Positions 1 through 12,228 of a stretch of 64,000 bases of DNA are shown here, piece by piece. Below the pieces are notes generated by a model. It was not told the origin of the DNA, did no database searches, and saw nothing but the letters and a program-made list of their open reading frames with translations. This DNA comes from Carcharhinus amblyrhynchos (Eukaryota). Every line of letters starts with the position of its first letter. Positions within the stretch are counted from its first letter, which is position 1. Location: positions 99,386,001 through 99,450,000 of the forward strand of contig OZ336875.1 of NCBI GenBank assembly GCA_965287045.1. The letters are read 5' to 3'. The translations under genes were made by a program, and so were the position numbers.

Positions 1-30
1 CAAAATTGTAAACTCTCCCTTTCATAATTA

Positions 31-2853
31 GTGCCTAAAACTAAGCTAAAACGGCATCGTGGGGGTGGGGCGGAGCAGGGTTTGAAATGCGTATACTTTA
101 ATGCGAGGAGTATTCGCAATAAAGTGGATGAACTTGCAGCGTGGATCAGTACCTGGGACTTTGATGTTGTGGCCATTTCAGAGACATGGATAGAGCAGGG
201 TCAGGAATGGTTGTTGCAGGTCCCAGGGTTCAACTGCTTTAGTCGGAGTAGAGAAGGAGGTAGAAGGGGGGGAGGGGTAGCATTATTGGTCAAGGACTGT
301 ATCACAGTGTCAGAGAGGAAGTTTGATGAGGACTTGTCTGTTGAGGTAGTATGGGCGGAGATTAGAAATAGGAGAGGAGAGGTCACCCTGTTGGGAGTCT
401 TTTATAGACCTCCTAAAAGTTCTAGAGAGGTTGAGGAAAGGATTGCGGAGACGATCCTGGTTAGGAGTGAAAGTAATAGGGTAATTGTTATGGGGGACTT
501 TAACTTTACTAATATTGATTGGAATTGCTATAGCTCTAGCTCGTTAGAGGGGTCAGTTTTTGTACAAAGCGTGCAGGAGGGTTTTTTGAGTCAGTATGTA
601 GATAGGCCAACTAGAGGTGAGGCTATATTGGATTTGGTGCTGGGAAATGAGCCAGACCAGGTGCTAGACTTGGAAGTTGGTGTGCATTTTGGTGATAGTG
701 ACCACAATTCGGTTACGTTCACCTTAGTGATGGAAAGGGATAGGCATGAACCTCGGGCCAGTAGTTTTAGCTGGGGGAAGGGTAATTATGAGGCCATTAG
801 GAGAGAATTAGGAAGCATAGGTTGGACTAGGAGATTACAGGGACTGGGAACGTCCGAAATGTGGAGTTTTTTCAAGGAGCAGCTACTGCGAGTCCGTGAT
901 AGGTATGTCCCTGTCAGGCAAGGAGGAATTGGTAGGGCTAGGGAACCGTGGTGCACTAAAAAAGTTGATTCGTTGGTTAAAAAGAAAAAGGAGGCTTATG
1001 TTCGGATGAGACTTGAGGGCTCGGGTAGTGCACTAGAAAACTTTAGATTGGCTAGGAGGGAGTTGAAGAGTGAGTTAAGAAGGGCTAAAAGAGGACATGA
1101 GAAGACTTTGGCTGATAGGATTAAGGAGAATCCTAAGGCGTTCTATAGGTATGTCAAGAACAGAAGGTTGGTTAGGGCAAGATTAGGGCCAGTTATAGAC
1201 AGCAGAGGGAAGTTATGTGTGGAACCAGAAGAGATTGGAGAGGCATTGAACCAATATTTCTCTTCGGTGTTCACGCAGGGGGACATGAATATAGCTGAGG
1301 AGGACACTGGGTTGCAGGGGAGTAGAATAGACAGTATTACAGTTGATAAGGAGGATGTGCTGGATATTCTTGAGGGTTTGAAAATAGATAAGTCCCCTGG
1401 TCCGGATGGGATTTACCCTAGGATTCTCTGGGAGGCAAGAGAAGAAGTGATTGCAGAGCCTCTGGCTCTGATCTTCAGGTCGTCGTTGGCTTCTGGTATA
1501 GTACCGGAAGATTGGAGGTTAGCGAATGTTGTCCCATTGTTTAAGAAGGGGAACAGAGACTTCCCTGGGAATTATAGACCGGTGAGTCTTACTTCTGTTG
1601 TGGGCAAGGTTTTAGAAAAAATTATTAGGGATAGGATTTATAGTTATTTGGAGAGTAATGAATTGATTGGAGATAGTCAGCATGGTTTTGTAGCGGGTAG
1701 GTCGTGCCTTACTAACCTTATTGAGTTTTTTGAGAAAGTGACCAAAGAGGTGGATGGGGGTAAGGCAGTTGACGTGGTATATATGGATTTTAGTAAGGCG
1801 TTTGGTAAGGTTCACCATGGTAGGCTTCTGCAGAAAACGCAGATGTATGGGATTGAGGGTAATCTAGGAAATTGGATCAGGAATTGGCTAGCAGATAGGA
1901 GACAGAGGGTGGTGGTTGATAGTAAATATTCGTCATGGAGTTCGGTTACGAGTGGTGTGCCTCAGGGATCTGTTTTGGGGCCACTGCTGTTTGTAATTTT
2001 TATTAATGATCTGGATGAGGGTATAGTTGGGTGGATTAGTAAATTTGCTGATGACACCAAAGTCGGAGGTGTGGTAGATTGTGAGGAAGGGTGTCATAGT
2101 TTGCAGGAAGACTTGGACAGGTTGCAGAGCTGGGCCGAGAGGTGGCGGATGGAGTTTAATGCGGAGAAGTGTGAGGTAATTCACTTTGGTAGGAATAACA
2201 GATGTGTTGAGTATAGGGCTAACGGGAGGACTTTGAATAGTGTGGATGAACAGAGGGATCTAGGTGTATGTGTACGTAGATCCCTGAAAGTTGGGAATCA
2301 AGTAGATAGGGTTGTTAAGAAGGCATACGGTGTCTTGGCGTTTATTGGTAGGGGGATTGAATTTAGGAGTCGCAGCGTCATGTTGCAACTGTACACAACT
2401 CTGGTGCGGCCGCACTTGGAGTACTGTGTGCAGTTCTGGTCCCCACATTACAGGAAGGATGTGGAGGCTTTGGAGAGGGTGCAGAGGAGGTTTACCAGGA
2501 TGTTGCCTGGTATGGAGGGGAGGTCCTATGAGGAGAGACTGAGGGATTTGGGGTTGTTTTCGCTGGAAAGAAGGCGGCTAAGAGGGGATCTTATAGAAAC
2601 ATATAAGATGATTAGAGGTTTAGATAGGGTGGATAGTGATAGCCTTTTTCCTCGGATGGAGAAAGCTAGCACGAGGGGGCATGGCTTTAAATTAAGGGGG
2701 GGTAGTTATAGGACGGATGTCAGGGGTAGGTTCTTTACCCAGAGGGTGGTGAGGGATTGGAATGCCCTGCTTGCTGCGGTTGTAAATGCGCCTAGTTTGG
2801 GGGCGTTTAAGAGATCCGTGGATAGGTTTATGGACGAAAAGGGATTGGTTTAG
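31..2853 (+). CDS. CR1-clade (HER1-like) LINE ORF2: APE endonuclease + reverse transcriptase, open over ~930 codons; start is GTG and probably not genuine
   Basis: APE motifs YFNARSIRNK, ISETW, YRPP, MGDFN, SDH. RT motifs NYRPVSLTS, QHGF, DFSKAF, GVPQGSVLGP, FADD. CR1 C-terminus RPHLEYCVQFWSP...ERRRLRGDLI...FFTQRVV. First in-frame ATG is at 490. Confidence 0.93.
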   Translation: MPKTKLKRHRGGGAEQGLKCVYFNARSIRNKVDELAAWISTWDFDVVAISETWIEQGQEWLLQVPGFNCFSRSREGGRRGGGVALLVKDCITVSERKFDEDLSVEVVWAEIRNRRGEVTLLGVFYRPPKSSREVEERIAETILVRSESNRVIVMGDFNFTNIDWNCYSSSSLEGSVFVQSVQEGFLSQYVDRPTRGEAILDLVLGNEPDQVLDLEVGVHFGDSDHNSVTFTLVMERDRHEPRASSFSWGKGNYEAIRRELGSIGWTRRLQGLGTSEMWSFFKEQLLRVRDRYVPVRQGGIGRAREPWCTKKVDSLVKKKKEAYVRMRLEGSGSALENFRLARRELKSELRRAKRGHEKTLADRIKENPKAFYRYVKNRRLVRARLGPVIDSRGKLCVEPEEIGEALNQYFSSVFTQGDMNIAEEDTGLQGSRIDSITVDKEDVLDILEGLKIDKSPGPDGIYPRILWEAREEVIAEPLALIFRSSLASGIVPEDWRLANVVPLFKKGNRDFPGNYRPVSLTSVVGKVLEKIIRDRIYSYLESNELIGDSQHGFVAGRSCLTNLIEFFEKVTKEVDGGKAVDVVYMDFSKAFGKVHHGRLLQKTQMYGIEGNLGNWIRNWLADRRQRVVVDSKYSSWSSVTSGVPQGSVLGPLLFVIFINDLDEGIVGWISKFADDTKVGGVVDCEEGCHSLQEDLDRLQSWAERWRMEFNAEKCEVIHFGRNNRCVEYRANGRTLNSVDEQRDLGVCVRRSLKVGNQVDRVVKKAYGVLAFIGRGIEFRSRSVMLQLYTTLVRPHLEYCVQFWSPHYRKDVEALERVQRRFTRMLPGMEGRSYEERLRDLGLFSLERRRLRGDLIETYKMIRGLDRVDSDSLFPRMEKASTRGHGFKLRGGSYRTDVRGRFFTQRVVRDWNALLAAVVNAPSLGAFKRSVDRFMDEKGLV

Positions 2854-2934
2854 GTTAGTGGGTCATTTTTTTTTAAACTGGTCGGCGCAACATCGTGGGC
2901 CGAAGGGCCTGTTCTGCGCTGTATTGTTCTATGT
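58..2934 (+). mobile_element. Young 5'-truncated CR1/HER1 LINE copy (no ORF1)
   Basis: ORF2 followed by 3' tail ggcgcaacatcgtgggccgaagggcctgttctgcgctgtattgttctatgt. Base composition shifts at ~58 and ~2934. Confidence 0.9.
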
Positions 2935-3051
2935 AGATTCCTTCAATGTCACAACAAGCTAATCCAGTGATTACCTGAGACAGAAAATAAAAACAGGAAA
3001 TGCCAAGTTCGATCCTCACTTTTTACTGATTCTTGTTGTAACAGGTGATTC

Positions 3052-3153
3052 AAGTTTATTTATTGGCGTCACAAGTAGGCTTTACATTAACACTCCAATG
3101 AAGTTACAGTGAAAGTCCGCTACTTGCCACATTCCGGCGCCTGTTTGGGTACA
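3052..3153 (-). mobile_element. 3' tail fragment of tRNA/V-type SINE, tail type B
   Basis: Reverse complement of gtaacttcattg.agtgttaatgtaa..cctacttgtgac...aataaataaactt, also seen at 15930-15989, 52490-52552 and 57855-57916. Confidence 0.75.
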
Positions 3154-3862
3154 TTTCAGTGTTTTGGGTTACGGAGAAAGTGTGGGCGCTGGGTGAAATT
3201 TTGTAGTTATCAACAATGATGTCCCCAAAGCCAGCCTTTCAATATTCAGTCAAAGATCACTTGGATAACGTAATAAAGGCCAATCAGGGCTTATTAAACC
3301 TGGCATCAACAAGGAGTTAAAATACTTCTGTAAACTTGGATTCCTTTAAATTATCTACTATCACCTGTAATATTTGGAACCCCATACTTTTGTGAAAATT
3401 CTTTAATTGCTAACAGCAAACACAAAAAGAAGCAACACAATTGATGGTACAGCGAAACTGGGGGGAACAGAGGGTACAAGCTGTGTCGAATTACAGTTAA
3501 TCACATAATCACTAGTACTTTGTTGAGAGTAAATCAGAGTTTAAACAAACTGATTAGAAACTGGATCTGAAGAATTGAACAGCAATTGCTGAGGGAGGTG
3601 AACACAAAGGTGAATGGCATTCCAGCTTTGAAGGATCTCAAAGAGAAAAGATCAGTTCAAGATTTGATGAGGTTGACAGTGAGACTGGAACCCAAAAAGG
3701 AGGATGGTTATTTTTTATTCTTTCCTTCCTGAGATTTATTATCCATTCCCAATTGCCCTTGAGCAAGTGATGATGAGCCACTTACAATTGAGGTGTTGGC
3801 CAGTTACAGCACACAATGGGCCAAATGGCCTCCTTCTGCATTGCATCAATTATGTGATTGCG

Positions 3863-5013
3863 TGTCAGGAAACAGAGGTTGTTTTAAATGATCTATATTT
3901 GTATTTGTGGATATCAGAAGTAAGGTATTGCTTTAAGTTTAATTTTGTGTTTCTGTATTTGAAAGAGTTAATGATAACAGTTTGATTTAGCTGCATGCAT
4001 GGTAATGAGGGCTTACTACATGAAAGCAAGTAAGGTTTAAAGAAAAAATAGGCCGTTGCTTAGCAACCAGAGGCTACTTAGGGGCAGAAAGAACTTTTGA
4101 GTCAGTTATAAACTAGAAGCAGGAGAAGCTGGACAAGACAAGGAAGCTGCAGAGAACAAACTTCTCAAAAGAACAAAAAAAGTCCCAAAAATGAGGGAGT
4201 AAGTCAAAACAAATTAAGAACAAGAACTTGAACAAGGTCCTGTTTGATGAAGTTATGGTAAAAAGCAGATAGTGCTGAGTTAAAGAGACAGCTACAAGAG
4301 TTAGGTTTCAAATTGGCAAGGTAAGAAGCCAGACATCTGAGGTAAATGAAAAGTTTAGTGACATCTGAATGCAACCTGTGAAGCATTGGTGTTATGTTTC
4401 CATAGCTGGCTATCTGAGAGATTGTGTGGAAACTTGAACACAATGGCATTCCAAGGTAGAGGAACATTGAAAGGAGAAGTTAAAATCCTGGAGGTGGCTC
4501 CTTAGTCAGGGCATCTGAAACAATGTGCTGTTTGGGGGAAGATTCTAAGCATGTTCTTTGAGAGTACGGTTTGGAAACACAAACGTCAGAGTTCCTGTGA
4601 GACCAATTGACTTGCAGTGTGACAAACATCCAAGGGGATTTAATGAGAAATCTACAGAAGTTGTGTTGGATGGCATCTTTCACTTGGTTTTAGAGTGTGG
4701 GGTGTCTGACCACAGTAGGCTATTGGTTTATGTATACTTACTGAGAACTTTAAAAGGATAAGGTAAAGTTTTTACCTTGTGTTATCCTTATAAATCTGTG
4801 TACATCTGTAAAGATAGAGCTATGGTGAAGGAGTCATGCATTATAGTTAATATTTTCTTGTTTAATAAATATTTTATTTTGTCAAAAGTTAATTGCTAGT
4901 CCTGAGACTCCATTCATTCACATCTCTAAACAAAAAAATAGTTATGTCCTACTGAGTCGGGGACCACTCTGGGACCTGACTGCCCTGGATGAACATCAAC
5001 TGGGATCATAACA
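3863..5013 (+). mobile_element. Solo-LTR-like element (~1.15 kb)
   Basis: Termini TGTCAGGA...TCATAACA form an imperfect inverted pair. AATAAA at ~4864. The ending tgggatcataaca resembles ggggatcataat at ~33400. No clean TSD. Confidence 0.5.
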
Positions 5014-5049
5014 TAGGCCATTTGAAAGGTCAATCAAAAGATACCCATA

Positions 5050-5295
5050 TTGTTATGGGTCTGGTGTCATATGTAGGCCAGGCCAGGTAAGGATACTGGA
5101 TTTCCTTCCCAAAGGACATTTGTGAACCAGATGGATGTTTTATAATATTCTAGTATCTTCACGATTAACAAGGTTAACATTTTGTTCTAGATTTATTAAT
5201 TAATTGATCTGACATTCCCCAAGCTGCCGTGGGGGCATTTTACACTTGTATTTCCAGAATATTAGTATAGGCCTCTAGATTACTAGTGCAGTCAC
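5050..5295 (-). mobile_element. Degenerate copy of tRNA-derived SINE family C
   Basis: Matches 47027-47376 in reverse: gtaggccaggccaggtaaggat...tttccttcccaaaggacatttgtgaaccagatgg...gattactagtgcagtcac. Confidence 0.65.
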
Positions 5296-6661
5296 AAACA
5301 ATTATCATTTAGACATTCACCCAACATGCTCTGTTTGGATTCATAGTAAGTGGCAAATTCCAGAAGAAGCACAACTCCCCAAAGAAACAGGAGACACCCC
5401 AGTTATGTCTGGTCTCCGTCATTTTACACATTAATTCATCAGGGATAGAACCACTCTACGCTGCTTGCAAGCTAAATGATAACTTGGGAATACAGAGACC
5501 CTCAAGTCAGTTACTCTCCTGACTGGATGTCTATTACTGGTAGTTGTGACACATCCAGGTGTACTAGCATTCACAAAAGGATGCTTTGGCTCCATTGATG
5601 GGGTCCAAATCATGTCAAGTGGTGCAGACTTGTGAATTGAAAATTTATATCTTTTGATTTTTTTTAATAAATATCAATAACTGCCTAGACTGGTCACCGG
5701 AAAAGCTTTATTGAAATGAGACCCATATTGATTTGAGCCGTTCTCACAGCTGTAAAACCCCTGTGTCACAATATGAGGTTCAATATCACCAGCACAGCAA
5801 TGAATAGCCTATCTTGAGAATTAATAGTGAAACACTAAGCTCCAGAGTGACTGCTTTTCAATGAAGCACAATACCATTTGGTTGGTCCAGGACTTATGGG
5901 AAAAACACAAGAGCTCGGTGAAGCTAAATTCAGACACAAATGAGAACTTGTTCACAGGGTCAAAAAAATGAAGAACATGTCGCTGATGTAACCCAGCTAG
6001 CAGTCTGAAGCCAACAGGAACTCATTCAACTTTTCTGACCAGTTAGCATTGAACTGAACTGAAACAGGTTACGAATGAGAAAGACAGTATTCTGACTGAC
6101 CAGCAAAAAAGAGTTTATATACAAAATGGAGAATACAACGATCTACCTTATTTTGTAATGGGATATTCTGATGTAATAGAGACAGAGAAAAAAAAGACAA
6201 AAACTAGTCAAGATTAGAAAATAATTTCTTAAAAATTTACCAACTCCAGCCTCCGCAATCCCTGCTCAATTTTCTGCTTGCTTGCGAAAAAAAGTAACCC
6301 ATCTACAACACTTAATGGTTTTCTGTTCACCGTTACATTTATCTTTACCCTGAATATCGCATGTAGACACTCTGCTTGCTATCTGTACTCAACTTGAGAT
6401 CAATAAATAATACATTACCGTTTTGGCCTACTTTAAATAAATTGGGTCATCCTCTTGTAAGGAGGCAACTAAACAGAAAATTCCAATCAAGGCAAATGCT
6501 TGTTTTGTTTTATTAAACAATATTCATAAGCAGCAGCCTGAACTATCATTGCTGGACAGCCGTCTTGATAGGTGCTCACTCTTGCAACTTTTCTGTAAAT
6601 GTCCCATAAAACATTAGAGGGTAAAGTGATGCTGCTTCCACATTGGATCATCTTCTATTAA

Positions 6662-6846
6662 TACAGAACTTGAGCATTGCAGAAAAAAAGTTATACTTTC
6701 GAAGCCTTGCATCCTTGTCATGCACACAGACACAAAAATGCCAAATTTCCCTTTGAAATTTGGCATTTTTGCATCAGCCTTGATGAGGACAAGATGAAAA
6801 ACTTCAACAGTACATCTCTTTTTCTCAGCAGTATTGAATTTTTCTA
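6662..6846. mobile_element. Fold-back (inverted) Penelope-like relic with degenerate hammerhead-like motif
   Basis: Perfect 17-bp inverted repeat 6733-6749/6755-6771 with degenerate outer arms. TGATGAG...TGAAAACTTC at ~6781-6804. Direct repeat ttctattaat at 6653-6662 and 6842-6851. Confidence 0.5.
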
Positions 6847-7499
6847 TTAATTTGTTCTGATGGTTATTTAATTCTTGCCCAAATGTTATGCTGCCAACTT
6901 TTACCTTGGATAGGCCCTTGTAAAATACAGGATTTTACTCGCAAATCAGGTGTCTGTATTGAAATACACTCTAAGATTTTGCCTTAGAACTATTTATTCA
7001 CAACCATCACCCATCAGTTTGAACGTCCAAATTTAATGTTCGTAGCTTTGGCCAGCTTCCAAACCTCAATTATCCTCAGATCCTTTTTTGTTTTCTCCCT
7101 TCATCTACCACATGTAACTAATGCAGTATTGTAGCACCCAACTCTCAATTCACCTCCTTCGCTATTGGTGTTGTTTTCACTTTTATGCTTTCCTTTCTCA
7201 TCCACATAATTTTCTGCAACAAGAGGTTCTCAAATCAAGTAAACAGGGACACCACTCACGTAAACTATAATTTCTGCAATCAACATTCAAGTCAATGCAC
7301 AAATTATGCAGATTAAGCAATTAATGTATTTCTGTTTTGAGGCAGTGAGATTAAACAAAAAGGAAAAGAAAGGGATGAGGTGGTCTAACAGAAATGAATG
7401 CACCATCAATTTGCCCTTGCACGTGAAGGCAACACTACAAGCAAGTTGCAAAAGCAAACATTTGCAACAGCTTTACACATGCTAAGATAACACAGGTGG

Positions 7500-8088
7500 C
7501 CATAAAGTCACACAGCGCAGAAGAGACTCTTTGGCCCATCAAGTCTGCACTGACAAAACTACAGTAATCTCACCTTCCAGCAATTATCCCATAGCCTTGA
7601 AATGTTATGACATTTCCACTGCTAATCCATGTACTTTTTAAAGGTTGAGAGATTTTCTGCCCCTGCTACTCTCCCAGACCCTTCCAGGCTCCCAACTCAG
7701 TTTTTCTCAGAGCCCCTCACTTTAAATTTATGCCCTCTTTTTACTGACACTTCAACTAAGGGGAGCAGCTGCTTCCAATCCACTCCCCTCATAATGTTAT
7801 ACACCTTAACCAGGACCCCCTCAGCCTTCTCTGTGCTAAAGAAAACTGGCCTCTATCTGGCCTCTATTCATAGCTCAAATGCTCCACCCAGGTAACATCC
7901 TGGTTAATCTCCTCTGCGCCCTCTCCAGTGCAGTCACATCCTGCCTATAATGAGGCAATCAGAACTGCACACAATACTCCAGCTGTGGCCTAACCAAAGT
8001 TTTGTATGGCTCCAACATATCCTCCCTGTTCTTATAATGTACGCAATGACAGAGAAGACCGAATGTCCCATAGGCCTTCTTACCTACC
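7500..8088 (-). mobile_element. Degenerate CR1 3' fragment
   Basis: Reverse complement of CR1 tail (ggcccatcaagtctgcac) and the RP.LEYCVQFW-coding segment (cagaactgcacacaatactccagctgtggcctaacc). Confidence 0.8.
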
Positions 8089-8089
8089 C

Positions 8090-8570
8090 TTTTTTTTGGG
8101 GAAAAGTCCACCCAATATTTCAAAAACTAATGGACAGATTTCACTGAAGCTTGGTACACAGATAAAGAATGACCCAAAGATAAACTGATTTGGTGAAGAT
8201 GTGGACCCAGATTCTGGAATTTTTTTTTAAAGCATCCAATAATATAGGGAGATACAACAATTGATGTTTTTAAGAATGTTGAGAGTGGTTTTATTTTAAA
8301 ATGCCGTGTATTATTTTACCATGTTGTGGATTATTTTAGAATGCTGTAGATTTTCTCGCAATTGTCAAAATGTAAGCAGGGTTTTCAGAGCAATCTGTAG
8401 TTGTGCACTGGCCAGAGGCCACCTCTGAAAAGGAAAATCTTATTTTTCCAGCTTTATAGTTACAGAACATCAAGCATGGCAGGGAAAAGGGAGAGCTGTG
8501 TAACTGTAATAATGTTGAGTTATCACAGCATGCTGGAGTTATGTGCTCGACTGAGTGCCCTTTTCACTTG
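8090..8570 (+). mobile_element. Possible non-autonomous Helentron/HINE-like relic
   Basis: aatatttcaaaaactaatggacagatttcactgaagcttggtacacagat...tttggtgaagatgtggacccagat, and 3' motif gctggagttatgtgctcgactgagtgcccttttcactt, resemble fish HINE-type repeats (recognition from memory). Confidence 0.35.
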
Positions 8571-9359
8571 CTTAATCCGCAATTTGTCTCAGCACTGAGT
8601 TAGGGAGGGGAAATGAGCCACGAATATCATTCTCAATGCTACTTAATATCACTGCTGCAAGTGAGCAAATGTCTCAAAAACATGATCAAAACTGGTCCTC
8701 TCTGGAATATCCCGAGGGACCGTGTTGTCTGCCAATGGCCACTGTTCAGGTCACATATCAGATAATCGTGCCTTGGATTAGGTGACAAAACACAACCAAC
8801 TGGGTTGTCCAGATGTTTTCTTGAATGGATGATGGGTTTTCATTCCAAATTTCCCCAATGCAGCAACATCCCCATCCCACCCCATTCCTGCTCCAGAGTG
8901 AATATGCACAGGATATGGAATTACTACTAGTTGCAGTTGAACATTGGGATTTCACACGTATTACTACAGATAGATCCCCTAAATAAGGTACAGTGAGGTA
9001 TTCTAATACGAGAGGAATGTGCTTGTTACCAGCACTGCTACTGGTTATCAGTGCAATTAAGTTACATTACCAACTGGAAAAATCCCACCCGATATTCATC
9101 CCAACAAATTCTTCCCTACCTTCAGTTTTCCTTTTGCCTGCCCTCGAGATTTGCTCTCGCCTGCTTGCTGGTTCTCACAACTTATCACATAACAGCAGCA
9201 GCAGTAAAACAGAAATATGCAACCACGCGATATCCAACCTGTATTAAAGTTATATGCCATAACATTTACAGATGTCATGTGATAAGATTTCACACAATCA
9301 GGTATTGTGGCCATGAAAGGTTCTAACCAGAGTTGGTCCCTCCGCAATTAACAACAATG

Positions 9360-9681
9360 AACGTGCCTCTCAATGAGCACACTCCCCCCAGATATTCTCT
9401 CTTCCACTTTCTTCCATCGGGAAAAAGATACAAATGTCTAAGGTCACGTGCCAACCAACTCAGGAACAGCTTCTTCCCTGCTCCCGTCAGACTTTTGAGT
9501 GGACCTACCTCGCACCAACTTGATCTTTCTCTCTATCCTAGCTACGACTGTAGCTATCGCACTACATTCTGCACTCTCTCCTTTCCTTCTCTATGAACGG
9601 TACGCTTTGTCTGTATAGCATGCAAGAAACAATACTTTTCATATATACTAATACATGTAACAATAATAAATCAAATCAAAA
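9360..9681 (+). mobile_element. Rex1/Babar-type LINE 3' end
   Basis: Encodes LFHFLPSGKRYKCLRSRANQLRNSFFPA; tail aataataaatcaaatcaaa. Same family as 19280, 34400 and 42420. Confidence 0.8.
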
Positions 9682-10012
9682 ACAGTCCATGTCTTGTGGG
9701 GTGTATAGAGAAAGAGTACAGGAAAACAGGAAACAAAACTAAAAGCTTCAGTTATATTTTGACATGTAGTTCACCAATAAGAATTACTTGTGTATTGTAT
9801 ATCCATGCACTATAACAGCACTACCTAAAGTGCTAATTATCCATTTTTTAAACAAAGTATACAACTAGTGTATCACAGCACAGAAATTTCACCTCCAGGT
9901 TTCTCAACCACTCCAATAGAGTGCTATAAGCCAGGTAGATTTGTTTTTGAAATTCTAAAGTCCAGGCATTGACCAAAAGAACAAAGTCACAGGGTTCACT
10001 GTTAAAACAAAA

Positions 10013-12228
10013 GAACATGAGAAATAGGAGCAGGAGTAGGCCATCCAGCCCTTCGAGCCTGCCCCGCCATTCAATAAGATCATGGCTGATCTGTTGTGGC
10101 TCAGTTCCACATTCCCGCCCTCTCCCCATAACCCTTAATCCCCTCTCTTATCAAAAACCCATCAACCCGCGTCTTAAAAATATTTAGCGAGGCAGCCTCC
10201 ACCACCTCAACGGGCAGAGAATTCCATAGATTCACCACCCTTTGAGTGAAGAAGTTCCTCCTCAACTCCGTTCTAAACCACGCCCCCTTTATCTTGAGGC
10301 TGTGCCCCCTAGTCCTACTGTCCTTTGAGCGGGAACAGTCTCTCCACCTTTATCCTATCCATCCCATTCATCATCTTATACGTCTCAATGAGATCTCCCC
10401 TCATTCTTCTAAACTCTAACAAGTACAAACCTAGTTTATTCAGCCTCTCCTCATAGCTCAACCCCCTCAACTCTGGTATCAGCCTAATAAACCTCCTCTG
10501 CACTCCCTCCAAGGCCAAAATATCCTTGCATAAGTGCGGCAACCAAAACTGCACACAGTACTCCAGCTGCAGCCTCACCAATGCCCTATACAGCCACAGC
10601 ACGACCTCCCTACTTTTATATTCAATCCCCCTCGCTATGAAGGCCAGCATCCCATTAGCCTTCCTGACCACCTGCTGCACCTGCAGGCTGGGTTTTTGCG
10701 ACTCATGCACAAGGACCCCGAGGTCCCTCTGCACTGTCGCCTGCTGCAGTTTTTCGCCACGTAAGAAATAGTCCTTCCTACCATTACTCCTACCAAAGTG
10801 GACCACCTCGCACTTGCCAACATTAAATTCCATTTGCCATTTCCTGGCCCATTCGCCCAGCCTATCTAGATCCTTCTGCAGACTCTCCACACCCTCCGCA
10901 CAATTTGCCGTTCCCCCAATCTTGGTGTCATCAGCAAATTTCGACACCATACACTCGGTTCCCTCCTCCAGATCATCTATATAAAGCTGAGGCCCTAGCA
11001 CCGACCCCTGGGGCACTCCAATAGTCACCAACCACCAATCAGAATAGCACCCATTAACGCCCATTCTCTGCCTCCTATTTGACAACCAATCCTCTATCCA
11101 CACTAACACCCTACCCCCAACTCCATGCCCCCTTACTTTCTGCAATAACCTCTTGAGGTACCTTGTCAAACGCCTTCTGAAAATCAAGAAAGACCACATC
11201 CACCGGCTCTCCTCTATCCACCGCCCTAGACACATTCTCATAGAACTCCAATAAATTTGTCAGACACGACTTCCCCTTAATGAAACCGTGCTGCATCTGC
11301 TCTATCAAGCAATTCCCCTCAAGATGCCTCGCTATTTCCTCCTTGATGACGGATTCTAACATTTTGCCTACAACAGACGTTAAACTAACCGGCCTATAAT
11401 TCCCTGCCTTTTGCCTGGCACCCTTCTTAAACAACGGCATAACATTAGCCACTTTCCAATCTTCCGGCACTGCCCCGGAATCTAGCGACGTCTGGAAAAT
11501 AACCACCAAGGCATCCACTATCACCTCCGCCATTTCTTTCAGAACCCTTGGATGCATTCCATCCGGTCCTGGGGACTTGTCCACAATCAGTCCCTCCAGT
11601 CTGTCGAGCACCGCCTCTCTAGTAACAACAATGTCATTGAGACCCTCCAGTCCTACCACCTCTCCATCGCTAACACCCGGCAAATTATTCACGTCTTCCT
11701 CCGTGAAGACCGAAACAAAAAAGTTATTCAAGACCTCAGCCATTTCCCCATCCCCTATCACTAAGTCCCCCCTCTCATCCTCTAAGGGTCCAACGTTCAC
11801 CCTAGCCAGCCTCTTTCTTTTTATATATTCACAAAAACTCTTGCTATCCTTTTTTATATTAAGCGCTAGCCCAGCTTCATGGTTTCTCCTACCCTTCTTT
11901 ATCATCATCTTTGTCAATCTTTGTTGACATTTAAACCTCTCCCAATCCTCTTCTCGCCCACTACTCTTAGCTACTCTAAACGCCTCCGCTTTTAATTTAA
12001 CACTTTCCTTCACCTCCTTCGTTATTCACGGCTTATTACCTCTCCTCCTACAGTCCTCTTTAACCGTCGGAATAAATTTCTGCTGAGCACCAAGAAAGAT
12101 CTCCTTAAAGATCCTCCACTGCTCCTCAGCAGACCTACCTTCCAACGCGCTCCCCTAGTCCACATTCGCCAATTCTTCTCTCATCCTACCATACTCCCCT
12201 CTGTTCGAACAAAGGACGTGTGTCCGGG
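10013..12228 (-). mobile_element. 5'-truncated CR1 LINE (second subfamily), ORF2 RT region frameshifted
   Basis: ORFs 11111-12013 (KSPGPDG, NYRPVSLTS, DFQKAFDKVP) and 10315-11241 (QGSVLGP, FADD, LEYCVQFW) join across a frameshift near 11158. Tail ...ggcctactcctgctcctatttctcatgttctt. Confidence 0.92.

Noticed and set aside
201-2542. Antisense and alternate-frame ORFs within the CR1 at 31-2853 (and likewise within 10315-12013)
   Set aside because: Shadow frames of LINE ORF2 with no independent motifs.
5431-5613. 60-aa minus-strand ORF in unique sequence
   Set aside because: No recognisable domain and no convincing splice sites.
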